Shown: positions 25,301 to 37,350, counted from the stretch's first letter. The stretch is 64,000 nucleotides of DNA from Raillietiella orientalis (GCA_036172245.1 JAYWIR010000066.1:186001-250000), one strand, 5' to 3'. The notes: generated by a model from the sequence alone, not told the origin. Program-made: numbers and translations.

Positions 25301-26614
25301 GGCGCAGCATCCAAGATGTCTGTACCGAATTTTCGCACCTGTTGCCGCTCCTTCTGTTTGTCGAAAGAGGGGAAGGGAGGGGGGCGGAATCTCTTTGAAC
25401 CTGCAGAAATTCGCTTATCTCTGCGGACAGGGACGAAGGGACAAGTGGGAGCCAGCAGCGAAGTGCCGATCAGCTTAGAGTTCGCTCCCGGCCATCGCAC
25501 AGTACAGAGCTGGCAGCACGTACGAGCAGCCATGATAAGCAAAAGCGATGGTCTCCATGGTTTTTCCCCATCCCGGTAGCGTTCGAGGGTCGTCGCTTTT
25601 CCTTCCGCTCTTCTCTCTTCGAGGCTCCTTCCAGGACAAGACCGGGCGTCAGCTGTTCCCCCCCTTCCTCCCTTTCGTCTCCCCCTTCCCTCCTGAAAGA
25701 CGATGCTCTTCAAGAGCTGAAAAATTCTCCTGAGAGTCCACGCTAATCGGATCGGCAAGGCGCCGTCCGGCACACAGCACAGCTCGAGGACACCTTGCGA
25801 ACGAGCCTGCCAGGACATCCCCGCACCAATGTGGTCGGAACAGCCGAAGCCGATGCACCTTTGGCGCCACGAAAGACCGAAATCCAACGCCAAGCGCGCG
25901 AGGCACGCTAACGGAAAAAGTCCGGTGCAGAGTGGAAGGCTGCGGGTTCGAACCCCCGTGGTGTGCCCTTGTGCAGCGAAATCCACACCTCGGCAAGGAG
26001 CACTTCCCCCTCTGGAGCGCCGGCCTCAGGCTGGCCCTTTCTCCGACGAGGACGAAGCTGGACAGGTCGAGAACTGGTGGGATGGAAGCTGCGGGAAAGT
26101 CCGCTCCCCTGCATTGAGCTACGTTTGATCTTCGAATCAGAGGGTCGGGTGAGGCAATCCCGGATCCTCCTCTTTCGTGTACCCTGTTTCCCTCTCTCTT
26201 GCGAGCTTCGATTTACAGATGCAACTTCGCCCCGAAGGGTAGTTGCTATGTGAGCTCCCGGTGAAGCGGCAGGTCGCGGAGCGAAAATTCCCGAGGATCC
26301 CGATCTCGCCCAGCGTTCTGAGAGCCGCCGACCCCGATGGGAAGGACAGCAGGGGGAGAGGGGGAGGGGGAGCGAAACATTTTTCTTCTTTGATGCCAAC
26401 AGCCTTTTTTGAAACCTAGGTCCCCTCCCCTCCGCTCTGGACGTTCACCCCAGCGAATCTCCAGCAGGACTCGCGACCGAAAGGAAAAAATTCCCGCCGC
26501 GCCCGATCCCTCATGGCAGCCGGACTCACGGTCGGTCCACTCTCCGCTCATCTCACTTACCGTTCTCAGGAACGAGACGTCGTCCTGCTCGGAGACGCTC
26601 TCCCCACTAGCCAT
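1367..26614 (-). CDS. RyR: Ryanodine receptor, 5' portion (N-terminal Ins145_P3_rec/MIR/RIH domains, SPRY1, RyR repeats 1-2, most of SPRY2); gene continues beyond position 1
   Basis: Hand-spliced exons (all GT-AG, phases consistent): 26561-26614, 19955-20059, 19750-19848, 18709-18786, 18575-18650, 18396-18508, 18237-18342, 17959-18052, 16137-16270, 15866-16086, 15640-15809, 15462-15586, 14818-15018, 14583-14752, 14328-14518, 12293-12531, 12044-12236, 11767-11977, 11511-11719, 11212-11452, 9307-9380, 7107-7189, 6969-7056, 2214-2334, 1367-1466 (3496 nt). The translation [48 protein letters not shown]...[15 protein letters not shown]...[22 protein letters not shown]...[12 protein letters not shown]...[16 protein letters not shown]...[26 protein letters not shown] is typical arthropod RyR. 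Confidence 0.97.
6395..6800. repeat. Tandem repeat, 4 x ~100 bp, A-B-A-B higher-order structure, in RyR intron 23
   Basis: gccgtgtatttttagactgc recurs at 6412, 6512, 6613 and 6713. Units 1/3 end gaaccccaacttgagg and units 2/4 end gaagccggac. Each unit contains TGACGTCA. Confidence 0.95.
8297..8970 (-). mobile_element. A-tailed non-coding retroposon (family A), copy 1, in RyR intron 21
   Basis: The reverse complement aligns by eye with 23390-23866 (shared blocks ccttcggagacaaccagggt, ttcctggRttcataggg, gaagaatta, tcttgagg.tactt, then an A-tract). Poly(T) at 8297-8307. Contains internal ~45-bp ctccgaagggaaccc sub-repeats. Confidence 0.8.
9185..9250 (-). mobile_element. tRNA-like SINE head or tRNA pseudogene
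   Basis: Minus strand ggccttgtggttaagg...gcgggttcgaatac gives A-box-like and B-box-like motifs at tRNA spacing. No convincing acceptor stem. Confidence 0.5.
10460..10640 (-). mobile_element. tRNA-derived SINE (family B), copy in RyR intron 20
   Basis: Minus strand ggcaccaggcgtcgtggctcgaatcccgcccggagaagcatg...aggatggcgctggttgatctgt...accggatggaagccggatatctc matches 46260-46445 and 42590-42740. Includes a B-box-like motif. Confidence 0.75.
13230..13410 (-). mobile_element. Possible degenerate RTE-type LINE ORF C-terminal relic
   Basis: Minus translation QKRATFRIM...[37 protein letters not shown] loosely resembles the RTE C-terminal R.RWAGHV.RM...R.P..LL pattern. Has an in-frame stop. Confidence 0.35.
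19541..19690. repeat. AT-rich degenerate 18-bp minisatellite (~7-8 copies) in RyR intron 3
   Basis: Consensus tcattcaatcaRcaRtca repeated at an 18-nt period. Confidence 0.8.
20490..20571 (+). mobile_element. Family A retroposon copy 2, 5' part (interrupted)
   Basis: gcagccttcctggattcatagggtgatccctcctgg matches 23700-23750 and the reverse complement of 8450-8500. Confidence 0.7.
20572..22087 (+). mobile_element. 5'-truncated degenerate non-LTR retrotransposon (L1/Tx1-like ORF2 C-terminus with zf-RVT-type CCHC finger plus 3'UTR)
   Basis: Frameshifted translation ...[29 protein letters not shown] / [12 protein letters not shown] / [13 protein letters not shown] (~21395-21570). Flanked by the near-perfect 13-bp direct repeat cctataacttgaa (20559-20571) / cctataaattgaa (22088-22100). 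Confidence 0.7.
22096..22215 (+). mobile_element. Family A retroposon copy 2, 3' part with A-rich tail
   Basis: ttgaagagtcacgtgcacccttgggtggagtggacagcgttaaagagcttcatgacc aligns with ttgaagaattacacgcactcccaggtagcgtggaagaacaacgttgaagagctgcgtgatcc (23752-23813). Ends in gaagaaagaaaagaag. Confidence 0.7.
23390..23866 (+). mobile_element. Family A retroposon copy 3 with A-tail and 15-bp target-site duplication, in RyR intron 1
   Basis: aaccctcgatgtgcg at both 23375-23389 and 23865-23879, the second immediately preceded by aacaaaaaaaagaaa. Confidence 0.8.
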
Positions 26615-26660
26615 CGCACGGACCGGGGCGTTTCCTTGGTTACGAAAATGGTTGAACTAC
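26615..26660 (-). other. RyR 5'UTR part of the first coding exon, preceded by a splice acceptor (implies an upstream non-coding exon)
   Basis: Minus strand reads ...cctgtgtgctttctcAG|gtagttcaacc...gtgcgATG, a pyrimidine-rich acceptor at 26661-26662. Confidence 0.6.
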
Positions 26661-27254
26661 CTGAGAAAGCACACAGGAACGTGAATTCGGCAGCGCGCAC
26701 CCGCGTGACTCGCGATTCTAATTTTAGCTCTTCCGTCGGGGCGAAGCGCGGCGGCGGGAGGGAAGCACGCGGAACCGAAAACGCGGAAATCCCGAAATTT
26801 CCCGAGCAAACACGAGAAGGCAAAAAAAGGAAACAAAGAAAAGGGAAGATGTTCCAAAGATGCGCTCGAAGCGTAAGGTGGCAAAGGTGAGGGAAGCCGC
26901 CGCCGCTGCCTCGAGAGATCAGAGGGCGCGCAGTCGGCACCTGACCTCGGTCCAAGAGCTGGGCCCACCAGTTCCGTCAGATGGCTCTTCCGAGAGAGAC
27001 ACTCCCCCTTGACCCAAAGGAACGCGAAGGATCCTTGAAACACGCCGGAATGCGAAGATTCCGGAGCCGATTATCCACGAAGCGGAAACTGGAAGAAATG
27101 ATCACCTGGGGAGCAGACACGTTTGGAGGGAAAAGCACTCTAATTGGCAGCTCAGGCCCACGGGATGGCTCCAGAATCCCGCTCGAGTCCCGTTCGGGGA
27201 GAAAAATAAGCTCTTCCTGAGAAGAAGAGGAGAATTTCTTGTCGTTACCTTTTA

Positions 27255-27476
27255 ATGACTACAAATCGACTGTTGCGGATGGATAAGGAAGGGCATCCCA
27301 AGCCACTGATGACTTCTCAGGCCCTCTGCAGACTCCATGTTGGTACATTGGCTAGGTTGATACGTTGGTTGGCAACCTACGGCCCTCTAAGAACAGAAAG
27401 GTTGCCCTGGGATCTTCGAGGACTTCCGGATTCCGAGGATACGAGTCGGTTCGCCATCGAAGCGGGCCCGAAATGA
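27255..27476 (+). mobile_element. Possible RTE-type LINE C-terminal relic
   Basis: NRLLRMDKEGHPKPLMTSQALCRLHVGTLARLIRWL resembles the RTE GHV.RM...R.PK......G.R.VGRPR.RW tail. Resemblance judged by eye only. Confidence 0.35.
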
Positions 27477-28766
27477 CCGAAGGATTGGTCAAGGGGAAGG
27501 GTGATTCTGCTTTCGTGGGCGCGGTTCCACGCATCCTGTTCAGCCAGAGTAGGGCGAACTTCCAGCACGGCACCTGCTTGCCACTGCAGCCATCACCTCG
27601 GCAACACGCGGCGCCTCCCTCCCTCCGAAACGGTCAGCACATGAGTACACGGAAGAGCATGCACGTGCACACGTAGGGGCGTCACCTGGCGCGCGTCTCT
27701 TCCTGCCCGAGCCCGCGTGCGCCACGTGTGCGGGAAGCAGCACGCTCGTCTCGGAGAACCTTCCGGAATCTTCCCGAAAGGCTCTCAACCACGGCTCCGT
27801 CCACCCGAGGGCTCATATCGTTCTGGCTGGTGCGAGAGTGACGTAACGGACGGAACCGACACGCCCCATTGTTGATTCGCGCGCGCGGGGCCGAGTCCAC
27901 CGGCGGCCAGTTGATGGGGGGAAGGTTGCACCCCGCTGGTCCATGACGATGGCAGGTGCTTTCTTCTGATGGGCAGTTGAAGATGAGTTTACAGCTGGCC
28001 ACGTCCAAAGGGCCCCCCTCTCTCAAGGGCAGGAAAGCGCAGAGGGGATGGACATTGCGCCCAGAGTGCCGCGACAGAAAGCGAACGTGGCCCTTCTTGC
28101 GAACCCGTCTCGCGGTGAAGGCGGCCGGCCACTTCGGAAAACCGGCATCGCTCCTGCACGTCCCCTCTTGACCCAGGTATCGGTCCCAGAAGCAGCAACC
28201 AACGGAAGGATGCTTGTCGGACTGCTTCGGCGAGTACCCCCTTTGCGTTTTCGCCTGATGAAGTCCCCTCTGGGTAGCTTCTCAGAGCAAGTAGTGGCGG
28301 CTTGCCTAAGCGGAGCTGGATCCTTTGGGGCAGTGCCTCGTCTGCTGAGTCTGTTTTGGGGAGCAGAGCAGCCCCAGCAGGCGACGCCGAGTGAAGATCG
28401 AAAATCGCTAATGGTGCGGTTCCCTGGAGCTCGACGCCACGCTGCGTCCGCAAGTGCTAGCGATCGGAACTCCGGGGCCGTACCATCGATCGGACAATCT
28501 GCAGCCATCTCGGTCACGGGCGCTCGTTGACCGCCAGTGACGCCTGAAACATTCGTTCTGATGCCGGACATCCGAGAAGTTCTCGCGAAGGTCCCGTTGG
28601 ACGGAGGTTGATTCCCCAGGGATTTCGCGACTTGCATAGGCGCGAGCTGCTGCAGCTTCCTCTGAAAGCATTTGCCAGCTTCCCTTCTTTCTGGAAGGCC
28701 GCAATCGGGATGCCGTCTTCAGATGCTCGAGTAGCTTCGGAGGGTTTCCACTCGCAAGAACCTCAC

Positions 28767-28883
28767 CGGAACTCGTCGATCACGGAGCCGCTATTCTTGC
28801 GATGCGAAGACACACCCACACACACAAAACAACAAAAAAAAACGCAGCCTCCTTGCGCATGCCGAAGCTGCGCGATGACGTCA
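28767..28883 (-). promoter_or_regulatory. Candidate RyR promoter and non-coding first exon
   Basis: CRE palindrome TGACGTCA (28876-28883) and NRF1/Ewg-like TGCGCATGCC (28854-28863) lie just upstream (minus sense) of a donor-like ccg|GTGAGG at 28767/28766. Confidence 0.3.
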
Positions 28884-29700
28884 CCGTCCTCTGCACGCAA
28901 AGGAGCAGCTCCCGCAACACTTTCCTCGAGATTCAAGCGCAGCCTCGTTTTTTTCTTTCTGTCCTGCCTCTTCTTCGATCTCGCGCGCTTCCTGACGGCA
29001 CCGGGATCCGAAGGAGGAGGAGGAAGGTCATGGGGGTCGCTCGCCGCTACTCGAACACCTGATCGCGCCAGGGGAGCGCACGCCATATGGGCAGCGCGCG
29101 AGGACTGCCGCGCTCGACACGGCCTTTCTTCTCTTCGGCAGCGAGCAAGAGCTCGAACGAGGGCAGCATCTACTGCCGCAGAGTCAGCACGCGTTTACCG
29201 CCCCGGCACGCAGAGGAAGTGGGCGTGCGCGCGCTGCGAGCGACTCCCCAGGCTGACGTGGAAGTTTTCAAAGGAGGCGCGCCTCTCCCCTAGGAGGTGA
29301 TCGAAGCGCGCTCACTCCCGAGGAGAAGGAACCGGCGGCTCTTCGGAGGAAGAGGCTGCGCTCCAATGCCTGGTGTCCGGGAAGCGGCGAGGGGAGGGGT
29401 CGCCTGGCAGTCTGCGAGGCGGCGGAGGCGGCTACCGTGCACCTGTTGCCGCCAGTCGCTGCCTCACACCGTCGGCTCTCTATCGCCAATCAGGGAAATC
29501 TTTCCTACATCTCCGCGTCTCCCCTTTTGCGACGTCTTCGCGCGTGGTTGGCTGGCACGTCTGGTGGCACACGTGAACTGTGAATGGAGCGGTCCTCTGC
29601 CAGCATCGAGCGGGAGAAAGCTCACTCCACAAGAGGCGCCCTCCGCGACTCTATTGCTAGAGTTCAGGCAAATTGTAGGTCGCTAAGAACTCGTCCACTT

Positions 29701-29830
29701 GCTCCATTGTTGGCGTCATGAACGCTCCACTGTTAGCGTCATCAGTGTTTTATTGTTAACGTCATTGGCGCTCCATTGTTGGCGTCAGTAGAGCTCCATT
29801 GTTGGCGTCAGTAGCGCTCCATTGTTGGTT
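29701..29830. repeat. 23-bp minisatellite, ~5.5 copies
   Basis: gctccattgttggcgtcaNNNNN units at a 23-nt period. Confidence 0.9.
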
Positions 29831-31810
29831 CTATTTTCTCTCCTCGTCTCATTACTGTCGTGGGTAGTGTCTTACTTGCTTAAGTCGCTAACGAGTTGAT
29901 GTGATACTTCGGCTGTGTATGTACCAAAATGGATGCATTGGGCTACAGCCGAGGCAGCATCGTGGTGTGCGAATTTCCTTCCTCGTGATGCATCCCTTTC
30001 GAAGGTGCGTAGGCCGGTGGTCAGGAGCCCTTCGGCAGTCAGCGCCTCACCCGGAGTCGTCCTTCTCATGGAGCCGCGCAGCGCACCCTTGCGGCGCTGG
30101 AGCGGGGCGAGGCTCCCTTTCGAAGTCTCGTCTTCACTCCTGCCCAGGTCCCCAGTCTGGCCCAATCGGGCACGAGGCTGCTTTGCAGCATTCGAACCCA
30201 CTGACTTAGTCTGCCTCCTTGCGGCACCAGAGTGCTTCTCGTTAGAGTGGAACCTGGGGCAGCAGCTTCAATCTGCCTGCAACCGTCGGGATCTCTCGGG
30301 ATGGAGAGCAGAGGACCCCACCAACTACACCTGGGTGAGCTTCACAGGGGAATAGGAATCCGGGAAGAGTGGCGGAAGATCTTCGTAAGTTTCGGAGCGG
30401 ATTTAAGGCAGTGACAGAAAGGTTTGTCCCCTAAGTATTTTTTTTTTTTTGTTGCTATAAAACCTTGCTTTTAAACCACTGACCGAGCCGACCACGAGGA
30501 ATAGGGGAGAGGCCGTCACCCTGGATTCCTCCCGCTGACCCGGAGACGCGCCAGAAGAATTTTCTGCCGCTGGAGAGGGGAACGCGGAAAGAGAATAGTG
30601 TGCAGCAGCGCGAGGTCTCCAGAGACCGGACTCCATGGAAACCGATAACGAGCAGTAGGCGAGCATCCATTCGGGCTCGCGAAGCAGTTTGGTGCACCAC
30701 GAATCCTTCGTTGCCATGAAACGCAAACTCTCCTTGCTCTTCTTCCAAAACATAAAAAAAAAAAAAAAAAAGACAGAAGACGAAAAGCGAAATCCCTGAC
30801 GACCGAATCGTTCTTCACAGGAGCCATTCCATCTTCCTGCCCTACTGAGAAGGCACCAGCCACGCTCCCGCGGGCGTGAGAGGCGATTGGCCAGCTCTGC
30901 CGTGCCGTTCCACCACCTCGCCCCCGCGTCGCCGCCACCTTCCCTTCCATCAGATGGCGCTCTGACGCATCCCTCATTCGCGGCGCGACCGCTCGCTCCT
31001 GTGCTCCACAGAGTCCTGCGCCCCTATGAGGAGGGGCAGTCGGGATTCTTCTCGCCGCACAGAGCCTTAATCCAGCTCGGGGGAAGCCACTGCTACTCCA
31101 TGCGGCCCTCGGACTTCCGGACGATCCCTCCTCCGAATCCGGAATGGGTCACCCCGCCTCTCCGGGATTATGTGGTCAATTCCCTTTCTCGAAACGCAAG
31201 AAAGCAGCCCACCACATGCTCGGGAACGCCCTTCGCGTACCTCCCTTCCCTCCGGGGTGACGTGACAGGGAAGCTGAAGCGTCCTCTCATCTTCTGAAGG
31301 ATCATCCCTTGAGGAGCAGTGGACCGCCAGGGATGCGGACCTCCGTCTCAAGGAAGAGGGGGAGGTGGTGGAAGAGCAGGGAATGGAAACGTCAGCACCA
31401 CCACCTAGTAAGAAGGGAAGCGGATCCACTACCCTCCTTGACTTTCGGTCCCTCCGGAAGTCCTCCAAAATCCGCAAGGTCGCAGGACGCTTCTTCGTTG
31501 ACCCCTGCGACCCTTCCTTGAAACGCAAGAAGAATTAGAGTCCACGCGCCGCCGGGCGACGGAAGAGACACCGCCGGACAACAGCTCTGCCCCCCGGCGA
31601 CCCGAGCGGCAAAGAACTCAACCCGGACGCGCACTCACTGCGGCAGGGAGCGCAGCTCGTGCAGGCCCTCCTGACGAGGCCCCTCCCACGGAGAGAGGGG
31701 AGTCGAAGAAGGAGCCGTTCCGCGTGGCACCTGAGCCGTCGGTCCACGTCCTCCCGCCAAAGAGCGCCAAGCTGCCGCTGCTGCCTCGCCCGCCCGCAGG
31801 CGACACTCAG

Positions 31811-31945
31811 GAAGGCTTGGCAGCTTTCCCAGCTGATAGGTGGCTGGGCTGCACCCAGGAAGACCACGAGCCACCCTACAGTTGGTGCTTCTTGCCTTAT
31901 CCATGCCCAAGTGACCAGTGATGGCGACCATACGCGACCATCTGT
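31811..31945 (-). mobile_element. Ty3/gypsy integrase zinc-binding (H2C2) relic
   Basis: Minus translation TGHLGMDKARSTNCRVARGLPGCSPATYQL, then with a frameshift ESCQAF, resembles GHLG..K....R...WWPG....I...V.SC..C. Confidence 0.5.
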
Positions 31946-31959
31946 GCAATCTTTCATTC

Positions 31960-32570
31960 ATAATTCACATGGAGAATATTTATAAATAGCATGCAGACCC
32001 ATGTGAGCACATACGGTTGTGCACGCATGTGTGCATTCATCCACGTGAATGCTTGCAGGTACGTATGTGTACGTATGCATGTGTCGCGATGTATCGATTC
32101 GAATATGCACGTATCTCTTCGCATGTGTGTGCACACATGTTTCTATGTACACGTTTCTCCATGAAACATGAACTCATGGATGTGTGCGTGTACGCGTGCC
32201 TATGTCCATGGAGAGGGAACGCATTGATGTGTGCGTGCGCACGTGCGTGTTTCTATAGTACAGGAACGTATGGCTGTGTGTATGCATGCATATGTATTAT
32301 ACGTTCTGTAGACATGTGTGCACGTACTCATACAAATGCATGTATCTTCGCGTATGTAAACCTACATACGTATGTGCATGTATGTTTATACATGCACATG
32401 TATACAGTATGACACCGTTGTTCATGAAATATACACAATTGTATATGTTATATATATGTTATATATATGTTATATAAATGTTATCCTATATGTGTGCATG
32501 TGTTGTTGATGTTCTACCTCTCGACTGTACATATATTATCTATGCAGGTGTATATTGTACTTGTTCATAT
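31960..32570. repeat. Degenerate alternating purine-pyrimidine (TA/TG/CA) microsatellite
   Basis: atgtgtgcacatacgtatgcatgtatatatgtta-type sequence. AT-rich island within GC-rich DNA. Confidence 0.9.
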
Positions 32571-35500
32571 AAGAAACTCGAGCATGGCGTCTACTTCCAT
32601 CGGCGTCTTGGACACGCGTGCAGCGGCTTGGGCGCAGCATAGTCGTCTGAGAAGTTCAGACGGTGCCATGGCAACTTGCCAGCAGACTCCGAACGCTTGG
32701 AAGGACGCGTCCGGAGCTCCCATGCTGGACGCGCGTTCATTTCGGAGGAACCTCTCGTTAGACGGGTGCTCTCGTCTCACGAGGCGACTGCCCTAGCTGC
32801 AACCCTCCACCCGCGCCCATCCACGCCCACTGACGAGTCGGTCGACCCATGCCTTGACGGGACGCCCTCGTCGAAAGCGCCCGCCACCCGGGAAACGGGC
32901 GGTCGGGCGCCATCCGGGGTCCCTCCTGTCCCTTGCCTCTTGTCTGACCTCCTCCCAGCCCAGGAGACCCCGGAAGAACCCGAGCGGCTTCCACGTGGAC
33001 CGGATCCTTCGATGGCGAAGGTCCGCGAAGGGCGCCGGAGACGACGGAGGGTATCCCATCCTGACATGGCAACGAATCTTCGGGTGGAGATGAACGCGGG
33101 CAGGGACGTGCAAAAGGCATTCTCTCCCCCCTCCCCTCTCCTTCCCCAGCGAATCCACGTGCTCGTTGCCAAGATACCGAGCATCGCCTGAGAGCAAGCA
33201 TGCACAGATGGAGCTCTTTGCGGTTCACGAGACGCGCGTCGCTGGACCAACAACAACAACAACAGTAACGGAGCAGCAGCAGTACCCGAAAACATCAATA
33301 GGTCCGTTCCTTTCCTCCCTACGGAAATAGGAAGGGAGGCTGCAGCTCGCGGGTGCCACCGCGCCTATGGTGGCGCTTGTAGGAGGGCGTGGTCAGGGCG
33401 GCGCCCGTTTATCCTCTCAGCTCCAGGGCCGGCTGGTCTCAACCCGGGAGAAGAGGATGCGCGCGCGCGCTTCCGCTTCCGCTCTGCTTTCGTGTCGCCT
33501 CTGATTTTCGGATCCTCCCGGGCGGCGGCGCTGGGAAGCCGATAACGGGCGCAGGGCGGGCGATCCCTGCCCTGTCCGCAGGGATTTCGGGAGGCAGGGG
33601 CGATGCTGGCAGCGATCCTCGCCACGCGGGAGCCGAGCGCGCTCTCTGGCACGGCCGCAGGCCCGAAATAGACGGCGGCGGTGCTGCGCGCGCGCGGGCA
33701 GGTGGGGCGTAGCGGCGTTTCTTTTCTCCGCTTCAGTTCTGGAGGGGAGCGGAGGGGGAGGGGCGTCTCCGGGAGGCAGCGCGTTTCCTTCCCCCTCCCT
33801 CCCCTTCTCCCCTCCTCCTCCTCGGGAGATCGTCGGAGAGATCCCTCCGCGCGCGCCCCAGCGCTGGGAGCGAGCGGCGCGGCGGCGGCCGCCGCGAAGT
33901 CGTGCCCAGAAACATTTCCATGGAAATGATCCTCTCTCTCTCTACCCCCCCTGGATCGGAAGGTGAGGAGAGGGCAGGTGAATTGCGGATGGCTCTCCCC
34001 TTCTTCCTCCTATCCCGCCTCGGCGAGCATCCAAATCGGGCTTTGAGCTCGTTCCAAGATTAAAAGGGTTCGCATTCCGCCATGGCAACGCCTCCAGGTA
34101 AGGCGCTCCACTTAAACCGGGATCGGGAAATCTGAAAAGCGTCTCTCTCCAGCCTCCCCCCCCCCATCTGCCCCTTCCTCTCACCCCACTTCACCTTTCT
34201 TTCCTTTTTGAGGGGGATCACGCGCGAGTGGGCGGACGAACTCGAAGGGCGAACTCCGGCCTGGCCTTTCGCTTGGGAGAATCGTCCAGGACTTCAGGGA
34301 CTCTCCGAACCACCACCACCACCACCACCCCGTTGGCTATGGTTTCCATGGATTCCTCTTCCTTCCCGACCGCAACTTCCCGCCGCATTCGAACCGGGGG
34401 GAGTTTACCTTGGGAAGCGACGATTCTCTCGAAAGGAGAGACGTTAACTGGCTTCGGGGCAGCGGAGGTGGCACGCGGGAACTTCCGGGAACTCACGTCG
34501 CGCTTTCAGCCGCCCCCTCAGGCGGATCCACGCCTCAGTAGGGACTCGGGGCGCCCACGAGCTGCCTCGCCAATCACTCGGTCGATTTTCCCTCCGTCGA
34601 AGCTTCCGCTGCAACAGGCGCTCATCGGGGTCGCCGCCATCGGCACTCGACTCTTTCCCTCGTCTCGCACAACGATCTGCACCACTCGTGAGCCGAAGAC
34701 AAGCCAACCCCCGCGCTGAGGGTATTGGGGGCGCGCATCGCGGGGCGCTTCCGCCGTTGATCTCGGCCATTCATGGTGTCCAACATCTTGATTCCTTCCC
34801 AGCATAAATTCTCTTCCCCCTCCTCCTCCTCCTCTTTTCCTCCTCTTCCTCTCTTCTCCCCCTCTTTCTTTCCTCCCTTCTTCTTCTTCCCTTCTCCCTC
34901 CTCCCTTCCTCTTCCATCTCATCCTTTCTTCCCCTTCCCTTCCGCCAGTGTGAGCGCGTCCAAAGCGCTTGGGACCAGACAGACAGCGCGGCACCGGAGG
35001 GACTCGAGGCGAATGACAGAGATGACGACCGACCCTGTTCGGACTAGCAGTCGCCCACCGTCTCCTAATCGGAGCGCGTCTTGAGGGAAAGGAGGGAACA
35101 GAACGAGGGAAAGGAAGGACGTGCTTTCTCTTCTACCCGGACTGAAGCTATCGAGGCGCAGGGGCACCGCAAGGGAAGGGGGGAGACCAGACTGGGAATC
35201 GCGACGGCGGTGGGCAGGGGGCCACGCTGGCCACCGTGCAGCGGGCGCCCAAGACGCACTCCAAGGAATGCACCTCCGGGCTCGCCCATGCAGGGAAACG
35301 AGCGCCGATGGCGATGGGTACCGACAGGCTTGCCAAGGGTCTCCCGGAAGAGAAAAATCCAAGGGGAAAGGAAACAGGAAGAGGAACAGCTGAAAAGGAG
35401 GGGAGAGGCTGACTGGTGATGCTGTGGGCGGCAGCTTCGGGTGGCAGGAAGCGTCATCTCTTCATCGAGACGAAGAGCCATCCCTGGGATCCGTCGAAAG

Positions 35501-36609
35501 AGGCGAGGGATTTCTGCCCGCTCAACTCCGCGCGAGCCGTTTGTTTTCATCCACTGCTGGCTCACCCGACGGCGTCTTCGTCGGTAACATCTCCCGAAGG
35601 GCTTCTCAGCGTCCCTTTTCCGTGAGTCCGTAAGCCCCGCGTTATTGCCCCATCCCCGTATTCTACCGCGACCCTTGCTGTCGACCCTCCGGCAGAATTG
35701 CCGACGAGGCCTGGGCACGGAGCCCCGGATGTCGAGCAGGGATGCCAGCTGCTCGCGCCTGGATCCCGGGCTGAGGTGCGTTCCCCAGGGCGGAGGAGAG
35801 CTGCTCGGCAACCTCTCTGCTCTAGAAGATCGGCACCTCCTCGGGGGTCCGGGAAGACCCCGACGCCAGACGCAAAAATGTAAGGCTTCAGAATCAGAGG
35901 GGCGGGCGGCCCTTCCTCGTGAAGGCGGGCACCTCCCGGATGCCCGGAGGAGGAGGCGAGGAGGTGGAGGTGCGCCTCTCCCTTCCGTCCTATTCCCAGC
36001 AGTCCCTTGGGCAAGGAGGGGGAGGCCCCGTGTTCGAACCCAGAAGGCTGCCTCAGGAGGGACCTCGTTGGCGGCAGGATGACTCCTCCTGGCTCCGCCG
36101 CTGCGAGAGCGCCTCGTCCGGAGAACAGGCGGGTCGATCCAGGACCACCGGAGGCACCCCATGGCTGGAAGGGCCACTGAGAGAGAAAGCGAGCCAAAGA
36201 CACGGCTGGAAGCCCCACTGAAGGCGGGTTGAGGACAGAGGGGACGAAAGTGCAGCCACCTCTGCCCTCCCGTCCTTGCCTCCTGGAAGGGATGGGTCGG
36301 GAGAAGGAAGCACCATGAGAGAGGTCGAATGGTAGTGGAGTTGGGTGCCCCTCCCGCCCAGTGGGAACAAGAGTCGTCCGGCTGGCGCCGTTGGTCTTCG
36401 CAGATCTCCAGGGCAACCCCCAACGCACGAGGGGAGACCTGGAGGCTCGGTCCAGGAAGGCGGCGGCACCCGGGGCAAAGGAGCCTGCGGACCGGTGCGA
36501 CCGAGGATGTTCCGCCCGTCTGCGGACGCCAATGACGCGGGAGCTAGCCGGGCGCTGACGAGGGCGGCGTCAGAGATGACGGAGACCGCTACGGTAATCG
36601 TGGAGGCGA

Positions 36610-37350
36610 AATCGCCGATGGCAGCGGCGATGGCGACGCTGACGAAAAGATCGTGATGGCGGCGGAGGTGAAGATGGCGATGTTGCTGGAGACGGTGTAA
36701 GTGATGACAATGGTGACGACGACGGCAGACACCACCGACGACTATGATGATGGCGGTCTCATGGCAACATTTGCAGCAGTGACTGCGGCGCCGACGATGA
36801 AGATTTGCTGCTGCTTCTGATGATAATGACCGCGACAATGAGGGGTGGTGATTACGACGATAAAAGTAATGCCCATGAGGATGACAGTGATGAAGATATG
36901 GTCATGATAGAAGTGGTGGTGGGGATGACGACGACGCTGACGATGATGATGACGGAGGTGGTGTAGATGCTGACGATGGTGATGTCGATGGTGATTGTGG
37001 TGGTGGTGGTGGAAGAAGAAAAGGAGGAGGTGATGACGACGACGATGATGATGGATGTGGTGGTGGTGATGATGGAAATGGAGATGATGACAATGATGAT
37101 GAAAATGATAACGAGGGTGGCAGCAGTTGCGATGAAGATATGATGATGGTGATGACGGCCACGATGACGATGATGATGATGGAAGTGATGACGGTGACGA
37201 TGACGATGATAAGGACGAGGGTGCCAGCAGTGTCGATGAAGATTTGCTGCTGCTGCTGCTGCTGCTGTTGATGATGATGGTCACGACGGCGATGGTAAAG
37301 ATGATGACAACAAAATATGGAGGTGATGCCGATGATGAGGATGGCGGCAG
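36610..37350. repeat. Degenerate trinucleotide (GAT/GAC/GGT) low-complexity tract
   Basis: Continuous gatgatgacggtggt-type repeats. Confidence 0.9.

Noticed and set aside
32826..32885. CTGACGAG...CGAAA hammerhead-like core
   Set aside because: Could not build stems I-III around the core.
35065..36423. 452-aa ORF (and similar 39833-41029, 40704-41696, 45178-46404, 46536-47954)
   Set aside because: Arg/Pro/Gly/Ser-rich, overlapping ORFs in several frames, no motifs. Expected from stop-codon scarcity in GC-rich DNA.
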